DNA from: Schmidtea polychroa
Lineage: Eukaryota
Length of the DNA stretch: 64,000 nucleotides
Direction of reading: 5' to 3'
Assembly (NCBI GenBank): GCA_044892525.1
Contig: CM097885.1
Span: 45,572,001-45,636,000, forward strand
A model generated the notes under the pieces. That model did no database searches, was not told the DNA's origin, and worked only from the letters and a program-made list of their open reading frames with translations. The position numbers and the translations under genes are program-made. This document shows positions 1 to 45,830 of this stretch, piece after piece. Each line of letters starts with the position of its first letter. Position 1 is the first letter of the stretch.

Positions 1-1657
1 TCTCACAATTCAACAATGACTTTCCAATGGGACCAGAAAATCCTTTTGGACCATTGGTAGGTCCATCGAGATACTGAAACAAATGTCTTAACGGTAATTC
101 GTTTGCATGCAACTGACATACGAACCACTGTAGCGGTCTGTGTAACGTCACTTCAAGTAATCGAATGATGCCTCCTCGAATGCCCGTATTAGTGGCTGTC
201 CCATCACAACCTATTGCCTTTATGCCACTCGTGTCAACATTTCTTTTATTCAAATATGCAATCAACTCAGCCGTGATAACTTTGCTTGACCCTGCAGTTG
301 GTGTAATGTGACCGAAATATGTAGCTCCTGGTTCGGCTATAATCGATATATGTTCTTCAGTTATTATTTTCCGATGAAATTTACCATCGCATTCTTTAAT
401 TTGGGTCATTGTATTGTCTTTTCTGCCCTCAAAATATAACCCAGTGATTGTGTTACTGACTTCGGCACATAATGCGCCACGCTTATTACAACGTTCTCGA
501 CGCACTTTACTTCTGTCAATCACTTTAGAAACATCATGTTCGTGGATTATTCCAACATCTTGAAGAACAGCACTGGCGATTCCTGCTGCTGCCCTGTCGG
601 ATACGCCATGTCGATCACACGCTAAAGCCAACGACGGTAGCTTAACTCTCATCTGCTTGTCATTCAATTTTCGCTGTTGTTTAATTTGGCTTATACAATC
701 GTCATCAGAGTCATCATCGCCGGTATCAATTTCCTCTTCCATTCCAGAAATCTCGTCACAGACATCCGACTGTTTATCACCGATGTCATCAATGGCAGAT
801 TTGGTACACATCTGCCTCTGTGTCGACTCTTTACGGATATACCGCTTTTGTAATATACTGGATTCAAACTCATCAACTCCAGCTATGATCATACAGCGTG
901 AACCCCGCTGATCTTCTAGAAAGTCACGTTCAATTGTGGGTATCTTTCTTGACTTCTCACAGTGACACTGAGACATACAAGAGCATTTGCAGGAGCAAAT
1001 GTCAAAGAGTTTAATCGATTCATCTTTAAACTGCGATATTTTCTCTCTGTATGGTTCTGAGTCCTTCCTAGATTTATACGGCTTCAGCAATTTCATGAAC
1101 GTCTTGTGGTACACGTTCAACATGTGGTATGGAAGCTTTGTCCCATATTTGTTCTACTTTCATTGACACTGTTTCTGCCACGTTGCGATGTGAAGGATCT
1201 TTATTGTTCAATTCGCATTTCAGTCTCTGCTTTGTCAGGTTGTAGAATTTCATAACATCTGCATAAGTCGGTTGTTGATTGTCGGGCATCTCGGATGGAC
1301 CACCAAAGATGACACAAGACACTTTCTTTCTGGTTACAGCCATTGCAACTCTAAAAAGGAAAACCAGAGGCATTTAAAATCCATAGTGTATGGGTGGCAA
1401 ATATTTTGCTATTAAAAGTAATGAAAATATTATTTAAATGCCATCAATGACTTCAATAATATGTCAATAATAGCAAATACATTATCGTTTTCTTATCAAT
1501 GGTTACATTTTAAAGTTGGTTGTGGAACCTCAAGACATTATTTAAATTATTGTTTTTCTTTACAGAGTACTTCATTGGACCTCATAGCAAGTTTTTATAA
1601 CTATCCAAAGTCTACTAAGTCAAAAAATTTTTTTTCGGTCATTTTCACTCCACCCTA
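1..1657 (-). mobile_element. hAT-superfamily (hATx/hATm-like) DNA transposon, 5' part; transposase frameshifted near 1100-1125 and running off the window
   Basis: Terminus TAGGGTGGAGTG at 1657. Minus-strand frame open from about 1100 to 1, with GLYFEGRKD, IGCDGTATNTG and WFVCQLHANELPLRHLF..LDG.T.GP..FSGPIG. Confidence 0.8.
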
Positions 1658-1830
1658 TTGTATAGTCACCAAGCAGAGTGTTGAATTGATTGTTAGTGTA
1701 AATTGAAAGTTTATTTGTGATTATCAATAAAGATTTCTGTTATCAAGTGTTATTTGTGAATCGTATAAAGACACGTTTGGAGTCAGAGTAACTTTTAAAT
1801 TTATCACCAACCCAATAACCCAACATATTT

Positions 1831-1848
1831 TGGTGAGCCCGACGTGAT
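1831..1848 (+). other. Primer binding site (tRNA-Trp)
   Basis: TGGTGAGCCCGACGTGAT, one mismatch to the complement of the eukaryotic tRNA-Trp 3' end (TGGTGACCCCGACGTGAT), 5 nt after a CA LTR end. Confidence 0.8.
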
Positions 1849-2045
1849 CAAATGTTGGTGAAAAGATTGTTGAAACGAAAATGTGAGTATAAAGTGTGAT
1901 AAATTGAAATTATTATAGTGATTTTGAAAAGGTAAATTAATTATTGTAATAATAATTTGAGATTTAAATTTTGTGAATTTGAGAAAATAATTTATTAAAG
2001 TGAATCGATATTATTTATGTAGCAAGAATAGAAAGGAAGCTATAA

Positions 2046-5000
2046 TGAACAGTGAAGATTTACCAGTTTCAGTTTTTAAAGAAAATAATGATTTTGCCAG
2101 TTGTCAAAGATTGCCAGTAGAGCAATATGGAGGATATCCAATTAATTTTGTTGATTTTATGAACGAAAGAGTATGCAACGGCTTATGGATGGTCTCAAGC
2201 AATCATGATTCAAAGATTACCCTTATATATTAAAGGAGGAGCTAGAGAGGTTTAACAACAAATCGACAGGAAAACAATTGGCGATGAATGGGCCAAGTTA
2301 AAAGATGCATTGGCTGCTTAACTTATTGGATGAGATATTAAGAGATTAATGAGTCAAGAATGTTATAATAGAGTTCAAATCCAAATGAAACAGTGAGCGA
2401 ATTTGCGTATCATTTATCGACCCTTGCCAGAAAATCCTGTGAAGAAGATGCGAAACAACCAGGATTAACCTAACAGATGCAGGAGCTGATTCAAGACCAA
2501 TTTTGTCACGAGTAAATAAAGAGAAAAAGATGACATTGTGTCGTGTAGACTACGACAATTTTGATGAACTAGTTAAAAAGGCTATGAAGATTGAATTAAA
2601 TCTAAAGATCTCTAAAATAAATCTGAGGTATTTGCAATAATTCCAGAACAAAGAGAAAGATCAATAACCCCAACCCAAGACAACTGGAAATCAGGAAATA
2701 GATCAAAAACGATCAAAAATCCCATAACCCAAATGGAGGAACGATAATAATGTGAACAGGACAACCCAAAATTCACCAGGCACTGAAAGAGCTAAAGTTA
2801 TCCAGTGTGATATTTGTAAGAAAATTGGTCATTATATAAACCAGTGTTGGTTTAAAAAAATTCTGAAAGAGTACCCAGGAGATTGAGTCCAGATTGGAAT
2901 AAAGATGATAGAGGAACGAATTTTCGGAGTGCAATTCCTAATATGAAGTCAAATTTTAATGAGGTACAATGTTATCGTTGTGGTAGAAAAGGACATGTTT
3001 CTAGAAATTGTTTTTCAAGATCAAGGTTACGATCAACGTCACCATCACCATCACCACTACTTATTGCTAAGGCCAGAAAATTATTTACAGAACCTGACGC
3101 AAATTCTCAGAAGTTGACAGAAGTATTAATGAAGGTAACGAAAATACAGTTGCAGCAATGTGGAAAAGCGAAAGGTATTCGAAAACTTTATGAAAGAATT
3201 TGGTCAATCTCTACGAAAATGTAAATGGTTAGACCCAATATTTATCAAAACAAATTCATCAGACGGCACCAAATCCGAGTATCAAATTGAAGCATACGAA
3301 AAAGTGCACGAACTAAAAAGAGAAATAATGCACAAGTGTGAAATTTGGACAGTAGAAGTAGAGTATTGGAAGACGACGAATATTTGGTAGATTATGGATT
3401 GATTCCCGGTGTTGAAAAGGAAATACAAATAATGAGCATGATTGCCAATGAGAAACCAATCAAATATGATGTCGATAAAATTAAATTTGAATTAAATGAA
3501 GCATTGTTCAAAGAAAATAAAGGTAAATAAAGTAATGATAAATTAAATAATATTTTGAATTTAGAACTTGAATTGGTAGATAAATTAAAATCTTTAGAGT
3601 ATGTCAGACCCTATGTGAATTGTAAAAATAAATATAGTGAAATGATAAAAACGCTTATTCGAAAATTTGGACAAGAGTCTAGAGAAAAAGTAGTTTATAT
3701 TGAGCCATTCATAATAATGTTTATGAGGAAGTTAAAAGATTCTTAAAGATTAATTAGAAATTTGGTAAAAATTTTAAAAATATTTTTATTGAAAAATATT
3801 TTAAAAAGAAGAAATTTATCAATTTTAAAAAATATTTTTATCAAAGAAATATTTTAAGAAAATCTGAAATTTGTTTAAATAACAAAAATAAGAACAGACA
3901 AGTTTTTTGAGATATCTTTTATTAAATAAAATTTATGGAATTATTTAGTGATTTAAAAACGGATGAGAATCCTAATAATGTTAAAAATAAATGATCAGGT
4001 AATCGAATGTACCAACGAGCATTGGCGTGCGAAAGTGAGTAAAATACGACGGAGAGCAGCAGAAATTCTGGGCAATGATGGAATAATTGTATTGACGTAT
4101 AAAGGTTTTGAGTTAAATGATGAGTATTTATTTGATTGTTGCTATGTACCACGAAAATTCGATGAAAATGGATCTTTAACGAATCAGGAAACGTCACAAA
4201 TGTTTATTAATGAAATAGTTGCGGTGGAACAATCAGAATTAAAGGAAGTAGAAGAAAGTTTTAAAATTGAATTACCAATTTGGAAAAGTGAGATAATGGG
4301 TAATAACGATGAGATGCTCGATGAACGAGAAATGACAAAAGACGAAATAGAAAATGAAACGGATGAGATTATTGTTGAAAATGAGATGAAAACTGAAGTT
4401 ATAAATGAGACATATATGACCAAGATGACGATTGATAATGATATGAAAGAAAAACAATGCAGAAATTTGTATGAAATGAGATGTAAAATAATGGAGAAAT
4501 CCCAAGAAGAGAGAGATCAGAAAGACTCAGGAAACTGAGAAAGTTGTACGTGCTCTAGCAAACGAATTATATGGTGAATCAACAGAGAAATTACAAGTAA
4601 AGAGATATGTGAGAAAATGGCAAATAGAAGTAAAAAGAGATTTTGGGTAGCGTTGAAACAGGCAAAAGAAAGTATGGAGTTTTGCGATGATAGTGTGATA
4701 ACTGAGATGATGACAAGAGAAATGGATAGAGATATGGTATCAACAATTATGAGTTATATTTTGTTAGAAATCGGAACATATGATCGCTCAGATATGGAAA
4801 AACAGATATGTTCTCAAACAAAAATTGGAAGAATATATTATATGGTAGTCATGACAGAATGTCCGGATGCACATCAAATGAGTTTGACAATAGCAAATGA
4901 TGTAGTATTATGCATACCAAGAGTCCAGACATGCGACGGCAAGAGAGTTTATTGTAAAAATAACGAGTTTTATATTCTATTGTGGCAAATGGAGTCACAA

Positions 5001-5393
5001 CTCATTAATTAAAATGTATGCAATACCGAGACCATTTGATGTAAACTCAGAAAATTGCATGGCTGCATTCCAGACGGGAGAACTAAAAATAAGCCCCGAA
5101 ATTAAATTGAAGGCAAAATTGAATCATGCAATACGAGAAACGATTATCGAAAAAGGGACGATAAAATGCAATGGTGATTGTGAAGCGAACCATATAAAAT
5201 GTGTAAACAAATTATTGATAAAATTGTTGTGATGGAGGAGTATTTAACAGAATTGAGAGAATTTAAGGGAGCTTTTTACGCAACCATGGATAAAACAGGT
5301 CTCATAGGCAGACCATATTTATGGATTTTTGGAAGACCAGTAATTTTAGCTATTTATGACCAAAGTGTTATGAGAGCGTTCGCAGGTAATTGA
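2046..5393 (+). pseudogene. Degenerate gag / zinc knuckle / ubiquitin-like-domain polyprotein
   Basis: QRLPLYIKGGARE and QNPNETVSEFAYHL (gag-like), CDICKKIGHYINQC, CYRCGRKGHVSRNC, two Ubl-like segments; many stops and frameshifts. Confidence 0.65.
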
Positions 5394-7005
5394 AAATGAG
5401 GTTAAATGAAGGTCTAACTATTAGCAAACAAAATCAGAGGATAATAAATGGTGATACTGTACACTGGCGAAACGTTTTTGAAAGATTGTTTAAGCAAAGG
5501 GTAAAAGGGTAAAGCAAGGTGGGTATTTTTAAAGTTAACACATACTTCAAGAGAAAAGAATAGATGAAATATTTCAAAGTTACATAAAAAACAAAAACTC
5601 GTCTAAATAATTTTAATAGCTTTTTTCTTTCTCGGTAATTGAAAATTTTCAGTAATGCAGGAAACAAATTTGAAACTATTTTTACATTCAAATTCTTATC
5701 ATATTAATGGTTTTAATAATCCATCCAAAAATTTGGCTATTTTATACTGGGTAGTTCCAATCATGGATAAAACAGGTCTCATAGCACGCCATCTTTATGG
5801 ATTTTTGGAAGCCCATACATTTGTACAGTCTGTCACCCAATTGGACTAATAGATTTAACAAACTCATCAATTTGCTTATTTTTAATTAATTTGTTGGGTT
5901 TTCAGTTAATTTAAGTTGGTTACCTCTGACTCCTCATGTCCTTTTAATCAAAAAAATAAACGACCCAACGTATATTTGAATCAAAAATATATTTTCTCTT
6001 AACAATACACAATCAATAATCAATAGTTCGAGTTTGACCGATTCTCCGCTAGGTATTGATGATTTGATAAAGATAATATTCACCTTTTATTTCCTTAGGT
6101 TCTCTTGACCAATGTCTTCCTTTTTCACTTTGATCTGATCTTTTTCTAACCCTAGATAAGGCAAAATGCCGATTTGCTCTGATTTCCCCATTTCTTATAT
6201 ACTCTTCGAAATCGGGATGACAAATGGTTATTGCCGAGCCAATCTCTCACTTGACATAATGGTCCAACAAACAAAGATAATTATTGGCTCGTCCGACCTT
6301 TCTGCACGCACTATCTTCTCCGTGCTCTTTTCCAATTAATCATTCTGTCACGCTAATGGGCCCAAGTCTTCCTTCAATTTACTTTTCTCTTTGTTTACCC
6401 AGCTCGGGTTTCCTTCAACTCTCGGGTTCTCCATTGGCTCGGATTTCCCATTAGCTCAGGTTTTCTATTAGCCAATTAACTAATTAATTAACATTTTCTG
6501 TTTTAACACATTTGAATGCTTTTCGACCCTTTCTAACCATTTTCTGATAAATCCCTAATCATCATCTTGTTGACCATTAGCTAATTTATATCTGTCCCGT
6601 TTTCCCAATTTGATTTCAATGATTTTACAATTTTTTGATTTTTCTCGGATTTCCGGATTCTTGCCTTTCGCAATTGCTTTTGTCATTTTCTAATACTGCT
6701 TCCATCATACTTTCCTTTACTATCAATTCTGTGCATGATCCAGCTTTTATTTGTCTTTTTTCTTCACTTACTTCTCACTGCTACCATAATTAAATTTTCG
6801 ACCTAAATTTCATTTAAATTTATTTAAATTTACAGATCTCAAAAAATTCACTTAATCTCTTTTAACGAATTCTCATCCTTAAGAGGAGGCTGTATTCCAT
6901 TTTCCGAGAAATCTCTACTTTCAGGAACTAAGGAGCAATAAAAGAGCATTCAAAACATCATCATGACATATACATCATCAAAACATATACATCATGGTAA
7001 AGAAC

Positions 7006-7288
7006 TATCGATTGTCAATTGTCATTGTCAAACTTGTATGTATTGATGTCTTTCTTATCTAAGTTTTTCAATACAGAAAAATCTTTAATATTCTGCTTAT
7101 TTTTATCAATATACTCCATCGTAAACGAACTCAATATACTCTTCACATAATTAGTATTAATATGCTTCATCGATCGATAAACTTTCAATCTTAGCACATA
7201 ATTTTGTTTCATTAATTCTTTTCTTAATAGAATGATTGGGACCAAATTTCTAAATAATAATTCTAATTTCGATAATTATTGGGAAGGT
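7006..7288 (-). mobile_element. Penelope-like retroelement ORF remnant (continues at 9337 to about 9600 beyond the piggyBac insertion)
   Basis: Reconstructed FINYTQINLPNN...GPNHSI...LKNLDKKDINTYKFDN resembles the PLE pre-RT KxDKGN region; hammerhead-like core nearby. Confidence 0.45.
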
Positions 7289-7292
7289 TTAA

Positions 7293-9332
7293 CACTAGGA
7301 CGGCCAGAGCGGTCATTTTGACCGTTAAGCAATTTCATTTTTATTTTGTGAGAAAACGAAAAGGAATTAACGTCTCATATTTTGTGACAATTATTCATTT
7401 TTAGTGAACTTGTTGTGCATATCAAAGCTTCAATTATAGCATTTGTCACGACTGAGATAATGAGGCCATCCCCATGGAAGGCCGAACCGGTCAATTTGAC
7501 CGGTATCTTGAAACACACAAGAAAGTCACACATAATCATCTTACATACTAGAAAATATAAAACCAAATATAATTTACACACAACCGAAGCATTTAACAGT
7601 CATTTGGGAATGTTTTCCACAGTAAACTTTACTACATACATGGCATATAGCTCCGGATTTGTTATCACAATGAGGAGCAGAACAAGTTTTTCGCTTCTTT
7701 AATTTTGGTTGTTCAGAACAGAGTTCACCAGAGATGGGACTTGCTGTTCGACGGCTTTTGAACTCCTCACAAAGAGATGTAGCTAATTCAAAAATAAAAT
7801 CCCTTCTTTTTATAGTTGATCCCGTAGCATCTTTGAAAATAACATGAGCGTTGAGAGCTGCTTTATCAAGCAAATCATAGAAAGTAGCGACTGGCCATCT
7901 TGCTGTTGCGGCTTTACTGCTGTATAAACGCAACATGCTATCCATGGTATCTACAGCTGTCTTATTTTTGTTATAAAAGTGTATCATTTCAGGCTTTCTC
8001 TTTTCGTCAGATCTCACACTAGCAGTAGAATGGAATGTTGACATGACAATGACTTTCTTGTCCGATTTGCCTTGATAGGAAACAGTGACAGTGTTTTGAC
8101 ACGATAAATGAGTCGATTCAAAAAGAGGCTTTTTCTCCAAGTGAGCTGATGATAAAAAGCGTGAATTTAATCTTACAGTACCAACCAATGTTGTTCGATT
8201 TACAAGGAGATGTTCAGCTAGTGAGAGACTTGTAAAGAAATTGTCAGTGCAGACATTGTATCCTTAATTGAAAAATGGCTCCATTAGTTTCCTGACTACG
8301 AAATCACCCAGCCGTAATCCACAGCGTTCGTTTCTATCGTGAGCCCCTAAATATGGCATTTGATTGATGACAAATTTGGTTTTGACATCACTGAGAATCC
8401 AGTATTTGATACCGAATTTATCAGGCTTATTTGGCATAAATTGGATGAAGCAACACCTATTTTTTAGCGGCAAAAGTTGCTCGTCGACAGTAAGGAAGGG
8501 ATTAGGAGTATAAATTTGAAGACAGTTTGAAACAAACAAGTCAAATATTTCACGAAAATGGGCATATTTATCTTGTTCTACTCTTTGATGTCGAGAACAT
8601 TGTTCATCAAAACGAAGAAAGCGCAGTATCTCACGGAAACAGTTCCGAGACATGACTTCTCTGAAGTAAGGAGATCCGAATTGAGATGATCAGATTGAAT
8701 TGATAGAATGTCGGCGAAAGCCTAACACACCACGGAGATACAGCAATCCAAGAAAAGCATCTAATTCTTGTAGACTGATACACCAGTCTGACGAAGCTTC
8801 TTTTCCTTTTATAATTGTGTATTTTTGAATTAATTTCAGCATTCCCTCAGAGACTATCAAGCGCCAAGCGCTCAGGGGTGAGTCAATTAGATATTGTCTT
8901 ATGACATTTCGTTAAGTTTTTCGTTTGATTCTTTTAATTTAACAAATTTCAAAACTTAGAACTCTTAATGCTTGCTTAATTACACTTTTAATAAGCACTA
9001 TCTTTGAATAAAAGCAAGAGAATATTTATAAACAAGAAATGAAGTATACATACATACCAGTCTGAATAAACGCGAAGACAATGTTTAAAATAGTGTAGCT
9101 TTGTGTCAGCTAAACAAATATTTTTATTTCATTGTTGTAAGTAGTTTAATAAATTAACTACTGTTAGAATAAAAATAGTTAAATTTTGAAAGCGTATTAG
9201 TAGCACAAAGAAAGTATTGCTAAATGAGTTGCATCATAGAAATCTCAGCATGAAAATAAGGAGCATTAGTGCACCTGTCAAATTGACCGGTTTGGCCTTC
9301 CAAGGTATAAAATATTTCCGGCCGTCCTAGTG
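7293..9332 (-). mobile_element. piggyBac transposon, internally deleted
   Basis: TTAA TSDs (7289-7292, 9333-9336), perfect 13-bp TIR CACTAGGACGGCC, subterminal inverted repeats at about 7475-7500 and 9277-9301. Confidence 0.95.
7574..8910 (-). pseudogene. piggyBac transposase pseudogene
   Basis: LTVDEQL, KPDKFGIKYW, TDNFFTS, VGTVR, YN..K.AVDTMD, RWP and a C-terminal Cys-rich domain; in-frame stops (8264-8266 and about 8690); N-terminus deleted. Confidence 0.92.
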
Positions 9333-10973
9333 TTAATTTGTGTGTAATTGATAAAATCATTGAATCCGAAAATTAATTTACAGATTGCAGTGAATACATG
9401 TTTTAAATAATTTCTGAAAGAATGAAATGCTTTTTATTAAAACATGTTTTTCATATAATTAATAAACTTTTTTAAAAATCCTTATTTTATAGTTATATCC
9501 TACCTGATGAGGAAAATTGTCGAAATATATTGTGGAAAGAATGTTTGATTGACGGTTTCTTATAATTAAATCGTTGCCACGTATGTTTAAATATTTTAAT
9601 AAATTCTTTTATTTTTGATATTATTTTTTAATCACACGAGAAGTGGTTTAAAGTTAGATGCACGAATTTTAGTATTCAAGAGTTATGAACTTCAACCATT
9701 CACATTAATTGTTAAATAAAATCTGTTATCTTTTGAGGACTACACATCAATAATTTGATCCCGAAATGTTTAAACTAAAATTTATATTAAGTGATTATTT
9801 CATGGTAGCAGCATTTATTATTTAAAACAATAAAGTGATAATTTAAACCTTTTGCTGCGAATAATGTATTTAATGAAAAAAATTTCGACTATAAGATAGT
9901 CCTTGTCAATTTCCTGGAATTTAGCAATTTCCTTCCCGAAAGAAGAAATCATGAATTTGATCTGTTGTCATTGACCTTGAGAATATCTGATATTTAAAAA
10001 ATATAATAAATTTAAAAAAAGTAATAATTAAAATATTATAGAAAATATACTTTCAAAAGATAGGATTTAAAAATCAAAATTGAAACATTTAAATAGCGTA
10101 TATAAATGGTTATTGGAGGCTTTGTTTTAGAATATTTTATAAGGTTAATTTTAGAAACTTTAAAAAAATTTATTTTTTGTCCTTTTGAATTTTAAGTAAA
10201 ATTTAAAAAAAAATCCAGTAAAAGTATATTATATTATTAACCAATGAGAATTAAGAAAAAGGAAATAAAAGAAAAATAGAAATGCATTTAGGGAAAGACA
10301 TTGCTACATTCCAGGTGATTGACAAGGACTAAATTTTTTTTCATTAAATACATTATTCGCAGCAAAATGCATAAATTATCACTTTATTGTTTTAAAATTT
10401 ATATTATTATGCAAAAATATAATACTCACCGTAATTTGCAGCAATAATAATATAGGTAATAGGAATCACACATTTACAGATCATTTAAATAAATGTCCAT
10501 TTCCAATGGCCTGGCCTGTCTAGCTGTCGAACTCAGTCTACATCATCGTTAAAATTATGGACTTATATAGTTTGATAGCTGAATCAATAACGAGTAGCCA
10601 TTACAAAAAAACCTAACACAAAAAGTAAAAAACATTATATACACTATTGATTTCTTAATAAAGCGTACAGAAATAATATCAAGTCGAATAAATACAAATC
10701 GATTGAAACAATAAATTTCAAATTGGAATTTTTATGGGGGAAAAATTAAAAAATTCAAAACTGTCTAGTCACTTTTAATTCAATGTATTCACAAAATAAA
10801 TCAATTGTTGAAACAGTTTGTAAATCTTCAGAGATCTAACAAAAAAATATTAAAATAAATATTACACATGCAAAACATTAAAACGAATATGTGCAGTTGC
10901 AGTTTGAAAAATTGATTTCTGATTATTGATCATCGATTTTATTGTGTTATTATCATTTCACCGAATATATATA

Positions 10974-43878
<32,905 letters not shown>

Positions 43879-45077
43879 AATAAATACTTTGAAATATAAT
43901 AGAAGTTTATAATATAAAAATTCATAAATTGGAATTAATTAAACAAACTGTTTTAACAATTTTGTCAAGATAATTAAATTTTTATATTGAGAATGATATT
44001 AATTATTTATTTTTCATGTTTTATAGAAAAGTTAAAAGTTAAATTTCGTATCATGTGAATATAATAATTTTATAACCTTACAAAATCAAATTATCTAAAT
44101 AAGTTGAAAATCTTTTATTATCCTTGACCAACTTTTGATTCCTCGATTCCCAGTAGAAAGCCGCAATTTTAATTGTTGTCATGACTCCTTTTTCAACAGA
44201 CACAATCATTTTTTAAACATTATAGAACTTAACCACACCTATCAAGTGTGACGATGGTGTTGTGTGGCCTGGGCGAAAGTCTAAGATAAAATGAGAATCC
44301 CTGGGTGCTACTAATTCTTGATATTTCCTGGGTTAAAGATTCTGATTGAAGACGACAACTCATTAAATCTGCTGTGGTGCTTTTCTTTATCATTATCCAC
44401 TTTAGAACTCTTTTTATCTGTGTGAATTGAAAAAATATGGTGATCATAATAGTGATTTTCAACAATTTCAATTTTCTTGGCAACAAAGTAAATATATAAA
44501 GAAAATGAACAATTATAACATATGGTTTTAAATTTGTTAATTTTTAATGACCAACTGACTATGCAGTTGGCTCACAAATTTTCAAGAGCCTTTGCTAACG
44601 TGTGCCAGTGGCATTACTCTTTGACAAGATTCATTCTCTTGGAATGTTCGTTGATACTGACCTTGTCAACTCTGTGCTTTCAACTAAGTGTTCTGTCAAT
44701 GTTGACAACGAATCTGACAACTATTTGTTTATGTAGGCTAGTTAGCTCTTGGCTTAACTTAATTTATATAAATAATTTATATATAAATTCAAGATAGTTA
44801 CAAAGGTAAAATTTCCAAAGCGTACTCTGAGGCAAACACTTTATCATAAGAAATTGCTTTGTTCCGTTTCCCATTGTGTTTGATAATATGGAACGATCTG
44901 CTAGTTGATATCAATAAAGTCAGCAAGACACAAATTAACGTCGTCCAGAAGCTTATCAGAGCCACGTAGTACTTGCTACGCAGCTATCAGCAGTCAACCC
45001 GGCAGAAAAATGATGCCAACAATTGAACATACAAACCGAGATGCCACCTGGTAGGCGCCGACGTATGCCGTGCCAGT

Positions 45078-45830
45078 TTGGATCTGAGGGTAGAAACGAC
45101 CATTTCATCAATGCTTTGCACAAATTCAAATTTCTTCTTTCACGCTATCAACGTTGCTCTTGTATCTCTTGGTGAACTGTTTAACATGTTGATCATGTAC
45201 AGTGACATCTTCGCATTCCTTTACAACATTCCATTGTTGAAACACTGGGAAAATCAAAAACTACGGGAACATTGTGCAATTGTGTCCATTGCACTAACAG
45301 CTCATGTTGAACTCGAAGGCGAAGTTCAAGTTGTCACGATAGACATCAAGAAGAGGGAGCCGGCGGAAGAGCTTCGGACATTCTGGCATTTATTCTCACC
45401 CGAATACAAGAGAGTCCTTGATGTAATGTATTATATTCTGAAATACGGCTTCGCGGAGATTTTCCCGAATGTGGTGGTCGCTTTTCGAATAATCCTTTCA
45501 ATGCCTGTGAGCGTCGCAAGCGGAGAGCGCAGATTCTCTAAATTGATTCTCAAGTCATATTTTTGCTCAACTAAAGCACATTTGTGGATTAGCAATGATA
45601 TACATCGAACATGAACTAAGTTCTGAGTTCAATTATTCTCAATTATTAGACGCTTTCGCAAGGCAAAAAGTGCACCGGGTTCCTTTTTGATTGAAACATT
45701 AGATAACGTGGAAAATGCAACTTTTTCATTTTTATTTGTTTTAGCTTTCAAGTAAAAATTGACTATAAACCAATATAAACTTTGAATTGAGGGACCACAA
45801 TACTGGAGGCCTCTAAAGGTCATGCGGAGG
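45078..45830 (+). mobile_element. hAT (Tip100/ZMYM1-like) transposase C-terminal remnant
   Basis: FPNVVVAFRIILSMPVSVASGERRFSKL dimerisation motif. Confidence 0.8.

Larger units (their letters stand above)
1658..7005 (+). mobile_element. Decayed Ty3/Gypsy-like LTR retroelement lacking recognisable pol, with gag and accessory ORF remnants
   Basis: LTR end ...CAACA (1825), PBS at 1831, gag-like remnant from about 2046, two CCHC knuckles, purine tract AAGAGGAGGC (6881-6890) followed by TGT. Confidence 0.72.
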
